From Paraspadella gotoi (lineage: Eukaryota; Animalia; Chaetognatha): DNA of 64,000 bases. The number at the start of each line of letters is the position of its first letter. The stretch's first letter is position 1. Shown piece by piece: positions 13,018 to 27,790 of this stretch. Location: NCBI GenBank assembly GCA_051294375.1, contig CM119264.1, positions 26,758,847-26,822,846 on the forward strand. The letters run 5' to 3'. The position numbers and the translations under genes are program-made. Under the pieces are notes generated by a model. It did no database searches and was not told the origin of the DNA. It saw only the letters and a program-made list of their open reading frames with translations.

Positions 13018-14236
13018 CGAAAGGATGGAAGCGTCGGGGAGAAAAGGGGTGAAAGCGTCGGCGGCGTTTGCTGCGTCGGCTGCGGCGTTGGCAGCGCCAG
13101 CAGGGTCGGCAGCGTCAGCGTTGTCGGGCAGCGTCGTATCAATTAAAAACAAAAAAAACAAAACAAACTTGTAAACAAAAAAATCCCTGCGATGAATTTC
13201 AAAAAAAAAAAAAAACAGAGAAAAGAAAAGAGAACCGGTGATCTGCGATTTCCTATTCTCCCTCTCCATCTCCCTCTCCTAATTATTATTACATCGTGTT
13301 TTGTCTCGCTCTCTTTTTTGACCTTGCCTCCCCCTCCCATCATTTCCCCGTCGATCGGTTTGTTCAATGTGATTCAATTCTTGCAATATCTCTCAAGTAA
13401 GACGCCGTTAGTTTTAAATTGTGGTGCTATTTAATTAATTATTTCTAAGTTAAAAGTTCGCTCCTAGAGGCGAAGGATCGAAAAGTCAGAAAACAAAACA
13501 AAAGACATCGACTAGAATGTGTTAAAAATCATACATTTTGAACCTTTTCTTTTGTGCGTACACTTTTAGGTAATTTAGAGAAGATGTTGGATATTTATTA
13601 ATTTTTATTTTAATGGTTTCGTAATTTTTTTTTATCTAAAACATTTCGTGTTATATTCACTTCATGACGCTTAAAAAAAAATTCTTTCTTTTTTTTTCCT
13701 TTTTTTCGTGAGTATTACTTAATATAAACATTAAGTTTTCGGCATTATTATCTTATCATTCGCTCGTAATAATTTTGTTTTCCAGAACTCTTTGGAATGT
13801 TTCAAAATTTTATGCGTCTCGTTTTCAATGAAAAACAATAATTTGTTTTCCTTTTCAAACAAACAAAATAAACATCTTGATGCGAGGTTTTCGAGGTCTA
13901 TTTTTTTTTTCTTTCATGTCCGTCGAATTACAAGCGACTCACTCAATTTTGTTGTAATTTTGCTCATGAATTGAAAATTTTTTTTAAAAAAATATTATCA
14001 ACGTATATATGAAGAAATTGTCTCTTTCACTAAGTCAATTATTTCGTTATTTATTCCTTCTTTTTTTTTTTAAATTTCGATAGTTAAAAAAAAATTGTAA
14101 ATTTTTTTTTCTTTTTCTTTTTTCTCATTTTCGTTGTGTGTTTCTCATGGAGAGAGAGCAATAAAGGTTTTTTTTTGTTTTTTTTTGAAAACTCGCTTGT
14201 AAATAGTCTCTTTTTTAAAAATAAAAATTGAATAAA
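13018..14236 (+). other. Probable ephrin 3' UTR with polyadenylation signals
   Basis: AU-rich sequence after the stop, with AATAAA hexamers near 14160, 14220 and 14231. The true transcript end is inferred. Confidence 0.4.
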
Positions 14237-15204
14237 GATTATTGTGATAAATGGAATTTGTGATATTTTATTCCAAGTTGAACTTTTGAACGTGAAATCG
14301 AAGTCAGAAGATATTTTGAAGGAAGATAGTTATGGAGAACAGAATGAAGATTATGAAATAACAGATCTCAAAGACATTGGACAAAATACCACGTTTCTCA
14401 ACGGCTATTTCAGTCGCATCTCTTTCAACAGGGAACTAGTATACCAGATATTTTTACGTCAATTATGTATAATTTATGTATATTTAACGATAAATTAGGA
14501 GTCTACTATTTCACACATATAGTTTCTTCAAATTTTCTACGACGTCGACGATCAATTTTTTTAAGAAGTCAAACTCTTTTCGATGTCGACACAGTAAAAG
14601 ACGACGACGACAACGACGACGATAATGACAACCACGCCTCGTTGTTGACGACACCCACGACGAACGTTAAGAGACGATCGAATGGAATTAAAAAGAATAA
14701 CACACGTTCCTATTGACTACGAATACCACGACGACGACGACGACGAACAGAGCGACCACAATGCCGACGATGATCTTAATAAAGATCACTATAATATGAT
14801 ATGTGACAACCACTGCGACGATATAAGTAATAAGAAGAAAATCAGATTATGATTTTATTAAAATGGGATAAGCGAGAGTCAACCACGAAATTAGTCACGT
14901 GATTCCCAAAGCATTATCGATGACAATTGTGGCAATGACGAAGAGATGAAGATGACGACGACGACGACGACAACAACAACAACAACGACGACGACGTCGC
15001 TTCCCACCTCATCTCCTTGTCCCGCTCGTCCCGCTCGCTTTCGAATCGCGTTGCACATCCGCGCACGATTCTCATAAAACGAAATTTCTTTAGAGGCTTC
15101 AAGAATGAAATTCCTTTTACAGCATTTTTTTTCGTCCTTTCAGTATTTTTATTTCCCCCATAAGGAAAAAGAAAAGTTTTTTTTTCAGCTGCTTCTTTCC
15201 TCGG

Positions 15205-15275
<71 letters not shown>

Positions 15276-16964
15276 CTCTCTCTCTCTATCCCTTGCTCCT
15301 TTGCTCTTTCTCGTTCTACCCCAAAGCCAATGGATTTTCAGAGGTCGGAAAAGAAATTTGCTTTTCTCCTCTCTCTCTCTCTCTCTCTCTCAAAATCTCT
15401 TCTCTCCGTATTTCTCTTCTTGAATGCGTTTAAGGCGTTTCTGTCATTATCAAAAAATGAGTTCAGAATAAAAAACGATTATCTTTGAAAACATTTCGAT
15501 ACAGTGGAGTTGGGATTAACGATATTCGAGTCAGATCTCATCAACATCATAAACGGTTGTCGCTGTATTTTTTTTATTTTTTATTATAAAGCAAAGGTAT
15601 TAGCTTATGAGTCATATTTAGATCATAGATACATATAACCACTTAATGAACTACGACAATATGTAAATGAGATTAAAAATCCAAACCATTACTCGATAAT
15701 ATCTCGAATCGATCATCTAATCACTGCAGATATCGTGATACATAAGCGAACCGGTGAGCCGGCGAGCTCGTGAGAGTGAGTAAGAAGAGTGAGAAGCCAA
15801 GGAAAGTCTGAGGTTTGGAAATGAGGAATCATTACGAAAAAAAGGAGAGATAGTTAGAAAGAAGGATGATGGTGAATGAAGGCAGAACATTTAATCGACG
15901 AACATCGAGACTAACGACGCGAGCGACGCCATCAAAGTTGCTGGCGCCACGCCATCGACGCTGCTGGCGCCTTGTCATCGACGCCGCTGGCGTCATTGAC
16001 GTCATTGACGTCGTTGACGCTACAGATGACGTTATTGAGACCACAGACAATATTGACGCCACCGACAGCAATAGCGTTAATGACGCCACCGCCGATAAAG
16101 GCGCCACTAAAACTATTCACAAAACCAACATTATCGACAGAACTGACGCCGTCGTCACTGGTGGCGCCATCAACGCCTCCAACGCCACGGACGATGCTGG
16201 CGCTTTTTTAACGCCACGTTGCCATAATGCCATATTCATTATGTTGTTTCTCTGTTTTGTTTTTTTTTGGGGGGGGAGGGTAGCGCCGCCCAAAACACAA
16301 ACTTCGGCGTCGACGATCAAACTGTCGTCACAAGCGCCGCGAAAAAAAATAGACGCCGACGACAGCGCAGCTTTCGACGCCGCCGACGCCCCCGGACGCG
16401 GCGGCGCCGACGTCGCCCGGGTCTTTTTTCGTCTTCGTCGTCGTCGTCGTCTTCCTCGACGAATAAATGAGCAGCGCAACGAGCGACCATCTCCAACGCC
16501 ATCTAACGGGACATTTGCCAAACGGAGTTCGCCGTTAAGTTTTTGTAGCGGAATCGTGTGCCCGGGGAGTGAGGGGGGAGGAGAAGGGGGGAAGGGAAGA
16601 GGGGAGGGAAGAGGAGGGGAAGAGGGGAGGGAGGAGGGGAAGAGGGTGGGAGAAATGAAAGTATCTAAGCGATAAAAGATGAGTTTCGACGAGAAAACGA
16701 GGACAAAGAGAGAAGGAAATGGGTGACGGAGGAAGAGGAGGAAGAAGAAGCATGGAAGAAAAGGGAGGAGGAGGAAGAGGAGGAGGAGGAGTAGATGATA
16801 TCTTTGGAATTTGGTCAAATGATTGTAGCGAGAGAGAAGGAAGAGGAGGAAAATAGAGTGAGGAAAGAAAAAGAGTAGAAACGTTTGAAGCGTAAAAGGA
16901 GATGGATTCAGGGAGGGGAAAAAATGGACAGATGGAGAAAGATTAAAGGAAGAAAGGAGGGAAG

Positions 16965-17058
<94 letters not shown>

Positions 17059-17359
17059 GACAGACCTCCCGCTTGTAGGCCATCTCGTTACAACGAATCT
17101 AACACGCGTAATTCGGTCTCTTAGCAACGATTCTCCGCCTTCGTCTCGACCGAAACAGAAGAGGACTATGGGCGTGTCTCTCGACACAACGTCCCATGAA
17201 AACCCATAAAACCCATGGACTTCTGACTCGTCGTCCCGTTGGATGACGTAACCGAGGCGACGTTACGAGAGACGAAACGCGACGACGTTGTTATCGTCGT
17301 CCTCATCGTCGATCCTTCCCTAATCCCGATGGTCGTCGTAACCCCATCACAACCGAGCG

Positions 17360-17415
17360 GTTTACGATCACGTGATTGGTCACATAAGAGCTGTTTACGA
17401 TCACGTGATTGGTCA
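17360..17415. promoter_or_regulatory. Duplicated E-box+CCAAT composite (GTTTACGATCACGTGATTGGTCA x2)
   Basis: Two exact 23-bp copies at a period of 33 bp; TCACGTGA overlaps ATTGG (reverse CCAAT). The function is inferred. Confidence 0.35.
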
Positions 17416-19056
17416 ACGCAGCGGTGGTCGTACGGCGAGAGATTGCTACGTCTCGTGGTCAAATGAATATTTGGTTTTAATATTAATCAGTCTCTCGTAG
17501 GTACATACTACATAGGATTAATTGTTTATTAGGTAACTTAATTAAATAATTAATTCATTTGTTTTCTTCTTTGAATCGAGAATACCAGAAAAGCAGGTCC
17601 GAAAAATAAAAAACCAGAGTTACGGTATTGCTCAAAAAATTACGCAATCCGGATTTACGCATTCCCGCCAAATAAATTTCGCACCTACGAAGTTCGCGTC
17701 ACCACGAGATGGCACCGTTGGATGTCGCTTCGGTTGTCAGTCATTGCAGAGTTACTCGAGGCAATCTGGGTTCAGTCACACGACAAACGAATGAAGTCAT
17801 CTTTACGGTCACGATGTGAGGACGCCTTTAGGGTAGGAAAATTCGTGCTTGGAATTCACGACGTCAATGAGAAAAAAAGCAAGCGAAATCTGCAATATTA
17901 ACAATTCAGAATTCAAAATTGACAAGCCGCCGATATTTTCACTTGCTTTTAGAAATCCAACGAAAGTAAGTTCCCTTAGAAATCAAACCCGAAACGGTTG
18001 TCCGGCCCAAACCGCTCTCACCTTGCGCCCAAAATCGACCCCATATTTTAAATCCGCTCCGCATCTCGCGGATCGAAAAAAAAAAATCGAGAGAGAGACA
18101 CGAGTTTACGATCGTCGCCCGTCGGTTTCCTTCCGATTTTTACGATCGAATTCGCAGCGCCACACCGTGTTGTTTTACGAGTGCTCGGGCAAGCGCAGTA
18201 CGCTTTTTTTTTTTACGAGTACGTACGCCGGAACAGTCTGTTCCTTTCTTTTTTTTTTTTTTAAGGCGCGCATTCGCGAGAGCTAAGTACGGATTTTACG
18301 AGCTTTTCTCGGACGCGATGTCCGACGCAAAACCGTCACGTGGATTCACATCGAATTCACGCTCCAGTCCAGTAGGTTTTTCACATGACACCAAGACTAC
18401 GAAAAAAAAAAAGGCGAATTTAAATGTTCTTCCGTGTTGTTCGTCTTAACGTCTTACGTACACGTTTGTCTAGACGTTTAACGTACACAAACATTCTAAT
18501 TCTGCGTAGAACTCGGCTATTATTTACAGCGCCACGACGTTGCCTCGACTATTGTTTGGACGGCGCTTCATGACGCCTCGACGCCGATAAATGCGGCGCC
18601 AGAAAAGAAAGAAGGCGCTCGATCCTCATTACCTTTTTTCTCGAAGTCACGCGCGAGGACGATAACTTTTTTTTTTCGAGGGAGACAGAATGTTGAGCGG
18701 ATTGGCGGTTGGACCAAGTGTTGTGTGAATTGGGTGAAAGTGGGATTAAGGGTTGGGGGTTGAGTGAGATGGAATGGGGTAAGGCTTCTGCCTAAGAGGT
18801 TCTAGTTAGTTTGAGTTTGATTTGAACTTTTACTTAATGAAGATCGAGTTGATACGTTAAGATCAACTGTTTGGAGAGGTTTTGATGCGTTGTAAAAAAA
18901 AATTTAAATTATTAGCGATGACTGCAGGTTAAATACATATGAATAAAATTATAAACGTATTTTTCTGTAATATTAAAAAAAAGTCTGGCTGGGAATATTG
19001 CTTTGGTTTCAGATTCGAAGATTCGTTGTTTCTTTTGTCGCGCATTGGTGCATTGG

Positions 19057-19132
<76 letters not shown>

Positions 19133-19277
19133 CTCTCTCTCTCTCCTATTAATTCACTTTTAGCTCATCGCGCGATTCGAAAGTTGACCTGACCTTTACC
19201 GATGTTGACCTTCACCTTGTTAGTCCAGGTTTGACCCGATTTGACCCGAAGATCGTTTCTCTTTTCTCTCGCTTCAG

Positions 19278-19347
<70 letters not shown>

Positions 19348-20345
19348 CTTTCACCAAAAAAAGTTCATGTCCACAGCTGTGAATTATTTTATATTTATGC
19401 AATTAAAATCAATAAGCTGGTATAAAGTTTAAAAGTGTAAAGTTCTATAGCAGTTTAACTAGGTTATTTTACACAATGAGTCATATAATTCTCCTTTAAG
19501 CCCAACTAATACGCAACTAAACTTCAAATAATTGTGACTATGGAGAAAAAAAAATACACATATTGTAACTCATTTCGTGACCATATTGAGTCACGTTCAG
19601 CTGTAGCCGAACTCCGCTTCAAGAAATAATCGCGACAGATGGACTCGGGGGCCCATTATCGATTTCCCGTTCAAACCCGCTCACCCCAATCTTCCTATCT
19701 CCATTTCCTTCACCCCTGCACCCCCTCCCCCCCCGATCCGGATCCCCCCTCCCACCAACCTTCCTATCTCACCCCTACACCTCCTTCCCCCCCCGCTCCC
19801 CCACTTTCGATTCCATCACCATGAACCCATATCCTCATCTTCTCAATCCAACGACTCGTGGCAAAACACCGAACTCGTACGAGGAACCTCGCTCTGTATT
19901 TTTAGACGATAAGGGAGAAGGAAAAAGAGGGAGAGAGATGGAGAGAAGAGAAGAGGAGATGCGAATAAAGGAAAGAAAAGGAAAGGAGAATAGAGGAGAG
20001 AAGAGGACAGAGGCAAGAAACTAAGAGGGACAGAATAAAAAGCAAACGATATAGAATTATTGGGAAAGACTAACAAAATACAAGCTGGAACACAGAGAGA
20101 AATACAAGGAGAAATAGAAACTGAGAAGCATAAAAAGAGAGATATACAGAAAAACAAATCATCAGACAGAAAGAAAGAAAGAAAAGACAGAAAAATAGAT
20201 AGAAGAGACAACGGTTCTTTTCTCAACGAATCAACGACCATCAGAAACGCTCTACTCCTTGTCTCCACGGGCGACGATGAACCGAAGGGTCATCGCCCTC
20301 CATCCTTCCCTCCCTCCCTCCCTCTCTAACGAACGCGCGATCACT

Positions 20346-20402
20346 GATCACGTGAAGCGTGGCCACGGATCACGTGACCGAAGGGCCGAGGATCACGTGA
20401 TC
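20346..20402. promoter_or_regulatory. Cluster of three GATCACGTGA E-boxes (candidate enhancer)
   Basis: TCACGTGA at 20348, 20370 and 20393 with non-identical spacers, adjoining a GC/CpG-rich segment. The function is inferred. Confidence 0.4.
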
Positions 20403-21878
20403 GGTGATCAATAACCGCGCGCTGCCGGTGGTCGGCGGACGAGTGACCGAAAGGCGGCGACTGACGCGGCGGCGGCAGCGGGAGTCTCCGCCGCTGGACG
20501 CATTCAGTATTTAACAGTCAATCAAGGAATCGGTTAATGACCTCGGTAAATAATGCGGCGACCTAAAAAGGGGAAAGCTATTTGAAAGCGATTGTCGAAT
20601 GAAAGTTAAACTTAAAAGCTAAAACAAAAAGGCATTTTGAAAGAAAAGATTGAAATAAAAACTAATATTTCAAGGAAAATATAATTAAACGCAAGTCGAC
20701 TTACCTAAAAGTAAAATAAAGAAAAAGCAATTCGATGCGAGAAAAGAAAATCAAGTAAATAAAGCAACGGAATCGGAGAAAATTCAAAATCGTACCGGCA
20801 AGCAAAGCAAGCGATCGAAGGAAAGCAAATAAAGCGACTGCGGGAAAGATTAAGGCGATGGGAACGAGATTGAAATTGACTTTGGGACCGGAAACCCCGC
20901 GGATTTTGCAACGGGGATAAAATACGAGAGTTTGCAAACGACCTTTGGTTTATTCAAGCCTGAAGGCGCTCCACTGGATCGAAGTGGAGGCTTGGGGGGG
21001 AGTGATGGTGGAGTGGTTGGCTTAGGTGGAGCAAGAGTGGGGACAGGAGCAGGGACAGGGTAGGAGCAAAAAGAAAATTGAATTAATGAGCATGATTTAC
21101 TCGATTTTTTCGTAGAATTTAAGAGAAATTGTTTATTTGCCGCGAACAACGTTTTTGACAATAAGAAACGGACTCGTTTTGACTCTTTCTTTACAAGTTT
21201 TCATCAGCGTTGATTGCAAAAGTCGGTCTTGTCCTCGCTTAATTATTAACGTGACGAAAAGAAAGCCAAAACATAGTTCAAGACATATTATTTGAAATAT
21301 ATTAATGCTGGACCTTAAAGGAAGTGACATCTAAGGGAAAAGATTATTTCATTTTATTTTATCGCGTAAATCGCAAGTTTTCCGCGTCTAATTGGCAGCC
21401 GTTTATGTCTTTCCCTTTCAACTCTGACTCAATTTTCTGTTTCGGTTATTGTTTCGTGTTGACTCAACTGTTGAGTTCCCATCTTAACGCCAATTTGCGA
21501 ATTATAATTACGACATCTTGTTTATTAACGATTAATATTTGGGATTCAATGATTTTAACCAATTAGTAGGACAATGTATATTTGAATTAACAAAAGAAAA
21601 TTTAAACCGTAAGTTGGCCCACGGAACAGTCAAGTGGTGAGTTTGAGATTGACGATATTCGCTCATTGTCGTCGTCGTCGTCGTTGTTGTTGTTGTAGTT
21701 GTTATGTTCAATTAGGCAGCTACACTTAATTTGTTTGTAAATTTGAAACCGTTCGCACTTAAAAAAGCGCTTAGAATATAACCTAGTACGTTCGCCGTAA
21801 AGCTTCCGCCAAGAGACGTAAAAAAATGACAAATGATGTTGCTCCGCTCGTCTCTTGTCTGTCAGCCTCGCGAGAGGT

Positions 21879-21918
<40 letters not shown>

Positions 21919-22388
21919 ATCTCGGCTTCCCCGTCCTCTCCTTTTGTACTTCATTCCCTAGCCGACCGGTCCATCCTGCAATTGATATCCCATAATTTTC
22001 CTTTTTTTCTTTCTTTCCTTCCTTCATTTTCTTACTTTCCTCTTTCCTCCTTCGACCTTCATTTCTTTTCCTTCCTCCTTTCCTCCCTCCTCGGGAAAAA
22101 GGGCAAAGAGATAATTCCGCGGGATCAGGACAAAACAAAAGCTGCTGTTTTTTTTTAGCCTTACGAGGAAAAGGAAGTACAACGTCGTAGAATTGATAAA
22201 CATTGATTAAAAAAAATAAGGAACATTCATTAAGAAATTGTATATGTATGTACCATGTAAATAAACGAATAAACTATCAACAATAAACTAACATACGGAA
22301 TCAGATTTTAAATTTTACTCTTAAGTCAAACGCTAATCATCTAAGTGCCTCACACAACACAAGGCCTACGCGATTCATATCGTATCTA

Positions 22389-22613
22389 NNNNNNNNNNNN
22401 NNNNNNNNNNNNNNNNNNNNNNNNNNNNNNNNNNNNNNNNNNNNNNNNNNNNNNNNNNNNNNNNNNNNNNNNNNNNNNNNNNNNNNNNNNNNNNNNNNNN
22501 NNNNNNNNNNNNNNNNNNNNNNNNNNNNNNNNNNNNNNNNNNNNNNNNNNNNNNNNNNNNNNNNNNNNNNNNNNNNNNNNNNNNNNNNNNNNNNNNNNNN
22601 NNNNNNNNNNNNN
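22389..22613. other. Assembly gap (one of nine N runs)
   Basis: Other N runs are at 3198-3222, 28857-28881, 29419-29586, 37105-37331, 37426-37442, 49142-49166, 49584-49681 and 52328-52352. Confidence 0.99.
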
Positions 22614-23123
22614 AAAATTGAAAAAAAGAAAATTTTCGTGAGAGGATTTCGAGGCGATGTATCCAGTTTCTAACGAAGGCCGCGAAAATGTGAACTTTTT
22701 TTTAAAGTTTTACGTTATTTAAACTCTTCTTCGTAATTTGTCGATTGTTTGCCTTTGATATTCCATGTCATGTTTTTTATATACAACTGATGATGGGTGA
22801 TGTGTGATTGGAGGCCGGGCCGAATCGAGATTCCCGATTGGCGGTCATGGTCTTGTTAAATCGGAGACTCGCCGTCGACCGAAGGAATGTTAAATTCATT
22901 AAACGCCACTCTTTCAATTTCACCAGTGATTTTTGCCAATATACATCCTGACCGCTTCTCGCTATTCCCTATTCCGCTTCTCATACCGTTCGTTCCTCTT
23001 CACCTCGAATCGCTCCTCAGACTCGCTTCTCGCTCCACTTCTCCAGCCAAACTCCATCAATCACGGGCGATCACGTGACGACGCGGACGTGAAACCCGAG
23101 AATCACGAAAATCGCCGGAGGGT

Positions 23124-23214
<91 letters not shown>

Positions 23215-23980
23215 TGAGAGAGCAGAGAGAGTGAGAGAGAGTGAATAGAAATGCGGCATTCCAAGGAAATGAGGTAAGTATTTACGGTTTGTAATAGTAA
23301 TAGTTTGTAATAGATAGTTCATTGACTGTAATATATGGTCGTTCAATCGAAAAATAACGAGAAATAGTTTATAAAAGTCCAGTAATTGTGAGCTAATGGA
23401 ATAAATCTTATAAATAGTAAGTTTCCAAGTTTACTTCAAGCAAACGATTAGACAAACGAGCCTGTCATGAACTTTATATTGCATGTTTATTGCATCAATT
23501 TTAGTAAGCTTGACAACTATACAAATCCAGTAAGATATTTAGATATAACCGTAGCACGTAGACACGGCAAGAGGCTTACGAATGGCATGCTCCCTCTGAA
23601 TCGATGGCAACGAAAAACTCGGCTTCAATAATTCTCGAATCTCTTGAGACGAAGTTTCCAGCGAAAAGGGATACTAAAAATAATTCTCGCTCTCTGTCTT
23701 TTCTTTTCTCTTCCTTACTTTTTATTCTTTTCTTTCTTTCTTTCCTTTTGTCTTTTTCCTTTCTTTATGGTTTTCCCTTTTTTTATCTTATTTTTTTAAC
23801 CGTTTCTATTCAAATGTTTTTTTTTCTGTATTCTTCTTTCTTATTTTCAAGTGTTGGTTAAATATCATGAAATTATATTCACTGACTGAACCTTACCTAC
23901 GGGGTTTCTACATTGAAAAATGAATAGATTCAAAAGTGATATCAACCCAGAAAAAGAAACGTCGAATTTATTCACAGTAT

Positions 23981-24025
<45 letters not shown>

Positions 24026-24477
24026 TCTCTCTCTCTTTCTCTCTCTCTCGTTCAATTTCTGTTCAGTCCGCGAAAGAGAAAAAAACAAAAGGCCCCGTTT
24101 TCCTCTCTCGAAATTGGCCTCGCGCCTCTCGACCCTCATTCCACATCCTGGTCCGTCGGTACTTCTTACGAGTCCCCGGCTGTAACCGGGCCGTGCAGTA
24201 AACGGACCTCGTATATGAGAAGGTTCGAATGGACGATTGTTCGCCAGCGCCTCTTTCGGAGTTTGGAAGAAACTTAACAAAAGGGCAACGGAGAGTGGGA
24301 GGGAGAGAGAGAAAGTGAGATAGGGAGAGAGAGAGTGAGAGCAAGAGAGAGATTTTTTTTCTTTCGTTCATTGGACTCTGGACTCTCTCTGTCTCTCTCC
24401 TCTTCGTCTCCCTCCCGCGGCGCGGCGTTATTTACGAGAAGCGGCGTCTCTCGCGGCCGAGGGCGCCGACGCCAGGG

Positions 24478-24523
<46 letters not shown>

Positions 24524-26701
24524 AGAGAGAGAAGAGAAGAGAGAGAGAGCAGGATGAGGACGACGATTTCCACCAGAGAACCGAGAAGAGAGAGAGAAGC
24601 TGTAAATGGAACCTGCCGCTAGGCGACCAGCGCCACCGAAAACGACGATGGCGATGCCGCTTTACGACGCCGTCGCTGCCATCGTCGGTGGCTCCGTATT
24701 TGCCCATTGCTCAATCTATCGTTGAAGAGAACTAAAACAAGTATGAGCAAACAATGTCGGATCTGCCTACGTGGATGGATTGGAATGAAATTTTGTGTGT
24801 GGGTAGGAAATTGTATGATTAATAATTATGTGGTAATCAGCTAATCCGATGGTAAATCACGATAATTCTTTCTGACCCTCAACTTGTGATCTTAACAGAT
24901 TATAACAAAATCATAACATAACAAATCATAACAGACTTGTTAATAAATCTATGAAAAAATCTATAAATCAATTAATCTACTAATGAACTCCCGACCCCGA
25001 GTAGAACGCCGACGCGAACTTTGGTCAAAGTTGACCCCAAGAAGATTGAAGATGGCGCTGGCGTCGTTGCCAGTTCCGTCGCCGGCGTCGCCGGCGTCGC
25101 GAATGAACGAAAACCAAAAATGACACGAGAGACGGCGCCGCAGGGGGTAATACCGGATCGCAAGAAACGTCTTGTTAGTGAAGGTTTTTGATATGAAGAT
25201 AAAAAAGAGATTACTAAAGACTAGGGACAAACTTTGTCAATGGAGTGGGTCAGAAGTTTCATTTGGGAAGGTTCCCAAAAGAAACTTCATACATTTCTGA
25301 GAAAACTTTCAATGGTCCAAAATTTTTTTAGAATGGCGAAAAGCACAAGTAATTAATTTTTTGATATTTATTTATAGATAGGAAATGTTAAAAAAAAAAT
25401 TTTTAGAATTTTTTATTTTTAAAAGCAAATTCAGATTCTTCAGATTCTTTTTTCAATATTTTGATGATAAATGGGTCAATATTAGGAAAACCTGAAAAAA
25501 TCATTCTCATCATCATCATCTGATAATTTTAATAGTTTTTGCTAATTTTCAGTTATCAAACATCAAAATTTTTAAAAGTTGTAATTACATTTTTTGCTTA
25601 AATTTTTAAGCTCTATAAGAATCAATTAAAAAAAACTAAAAATATAAAAAAAATTTCTGACATTATATAATTATATAGCAATATAATAATTTTAATTAAC
25701 GAATTACTCTTGGTTCGGAACATTTTTGTAAAAAAAAAAATTTAAATTTAAAAGGTTTGGAAGCAGTTTAAAAAGATTTCGGCTTTGGTGCCAATGAAAC
25801 TGACAACACTTGGCAAATTTTGACATTGTCAAGGCTCAAGAAAAAAAAAAATTTAGCGGAGGATCGTACCCTTGGCCTCGTTTTATTTCTTTCCGTTTAT
25901 ATCTATCGTAGCGAAGGAAAAAAAAAGGAAAAGAATAGTGAATAGAAAAGTTGACCCCAGAAATTCGTCACTTATTCTCTTTTGCTATCGTTTTATGTTA
26001 TGCTTATGGTAAGGAAGATTCGTCGACGAGTTTCTACAAACAAAAATAAACAAAACAAATATGGTTTTCTCTCTAAATTTTCAACGCAACGAATTGAAAG
26101 TCTCTATACAATGTTATTGATATTAATAAATAACAATAAGCATATTTTTTGGACAGAAAGAAACCAATTCTCTCCCTTAGACGAAAAGTGTCCTCGTTCA
26201 TCCAGCGCTCCTCTCAGCTCATCCTCTCTCTTCTCCTTTTTTAATCCCAACTCTTTTCTTCCCCCCCGAGTTGGCCTCTTTTGAGTTTCATTGTTAGAGA
26301 TCGGTGGAACATGGGGAGGGTAGGAGCAGCGGCCAGGTGGGTTGAGCAAGAGCAGAGCGAAGAACTGGAGCAAAAAGAGGGCGGGGGGAAGAAGGAATGT
26401 GTGCGAAATTGTGTGTGTGTGTGTGAGGGAAACGAGAGAAAAGCAGTAAATGTGTAGAAAAACAGTCGATAGAGAACGAACACAAACTGGTAAAGAAAGA
26501 AAAGTGAGAGGTAGCCGTAGCGAGTGGAGCAAAGTGAAGCGGAGCGGAAGAAGGAGCGGAACAATACCGGAGCGAAATTCATGCATTAATCATAAACGCG
26601 AATACATATTCATCCTTTGCCTTTAGACGTCGTCTCGCCGTTTAGTGCTTTGCCCTTTTTTTGAAAACCGTTTCACTCTTTGGCGTGGTGTGTGGCCTCT
26701 C

Positions 26702-26734
<33 letters not shown>

Positions 26735-27068
26735 TCTCTCTCTCATCTCTCTCTTTCTTTCTTTCGTTCTCCGTCGCTGTCGACAAGGGCTCTCTGAATT
26801 TCCTTTCACAGGCGCCCCTCTTTACGAAAAACACCCATTCCCACTGACCTTTTTCCAGTTGACCACAAGATCACGCCCCACCATGGACCACCTTCCTTCA
26901 CCACTTCCTCCACCACTACCTCCACCGACAAACCCTCCTTCAATTCTTTTCCACCGCGCGCCAGTTTTGGTTCAAATCCCTGGACTATATTGCTATGTAA
27001 AAATATCTTATTAAGTATTCCTCCTACCGGAAAGAAAGAGAGAGAGAGAGAGAGAGAGCAGAGCAAGG

Positions 27069-27109
<41 letters not shown>

Positions 27110-27278
27110 GAAAGAGTAAAAAGCAGAAATTTTTTTTTTTTTTTTTTTTTTTCTCTGAAAAGAAAACAGAGCAAACAAATAATTGCGGGAATGGTTGCAA
27201 AAATATCTTATGTCACATAAACGAGAACAAATAAGGGGAAGATAAAAATGAAAAAGAAGAAGAGATCGGGAGACAAAG

Positions 27279-27790
27279 TCAAGCAACTCCGTCCACATGA
27301 GACGGCACCTCAATCACGGGACTTCGGGAAGCGAGCAGGTCCCCGTTCTCGCGCTGAAGGCAGACAGAAAGTCTCTCAAAAAAGTGCTTAGCGTTTGGCC
27401 GATATCTAAGCCTGCATTCGTTGCTTGGAGTTTGGCGAAATCTTTTAAGTTTGAGAAAGCATCCAGGTCCCATGCCCCGAAGGTAGTAACAACCAGAGGG
27501 ATGAAGCCAACGTCGGCCGGCAGTTTGCCTTCGTACTTAGCATGTTTGGCCTGGCGACTCGTTCCAGGGCATAGGTGGGGTTGAGGATGGTATGACCAAA
27601 ACAGTCCTGGCGAAGGGGAGGGTGACAGTAACATCAAAGGCGTGGTGGTCTTGTTCCGACATCTTTTCCAACCCACGGATTGTGAAATCCCCAGGTCTAG
27701 AGGCATCATCCGCCAGGTTCCTTTCTTCTTTGGTGGGCGCAAGTAGGCGCTGCTGAAGCAGTCGGAGCAATGGCATTCCCCGAAGGAGTT
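27279..27790 (-). mobile_element. 5'-truncated CRE-like (restriction-like endonuclease) non-LTR retrotransposon fragment
   Basis: Three successive frames give KEERNLADDASRPGDFTI..AFDVTVTLP / AKHAKYEG...FIPLVVTTFGAWDLDAF / FFERLSVCLQRENGDLL. This is the RP(A/G)D..DVTV..K..KY..F.P....G.W..RLS..LQR.N signature of the RLE C-terminus of CRE-type elements. Two frameshifts; no RT domain remains. Confidence 0.75.

Noticed and set aside
12325-13052. Long alternative-frame and antisense ORFs over the last ephrin exon
   Set aside because: Shadow ORFs of GC-rich coding sequence; only one frame carries ephrin motifs and fits the splice phase.
15866-16675. 269-aa ORF with D/A/T-rich repeats
   Set aside because: Built from a degenerate 9-bp GACGCC/GACGTC repeat, poly-T/G and G-rich tracts; no recognisable domain or coherent exon boundaries.
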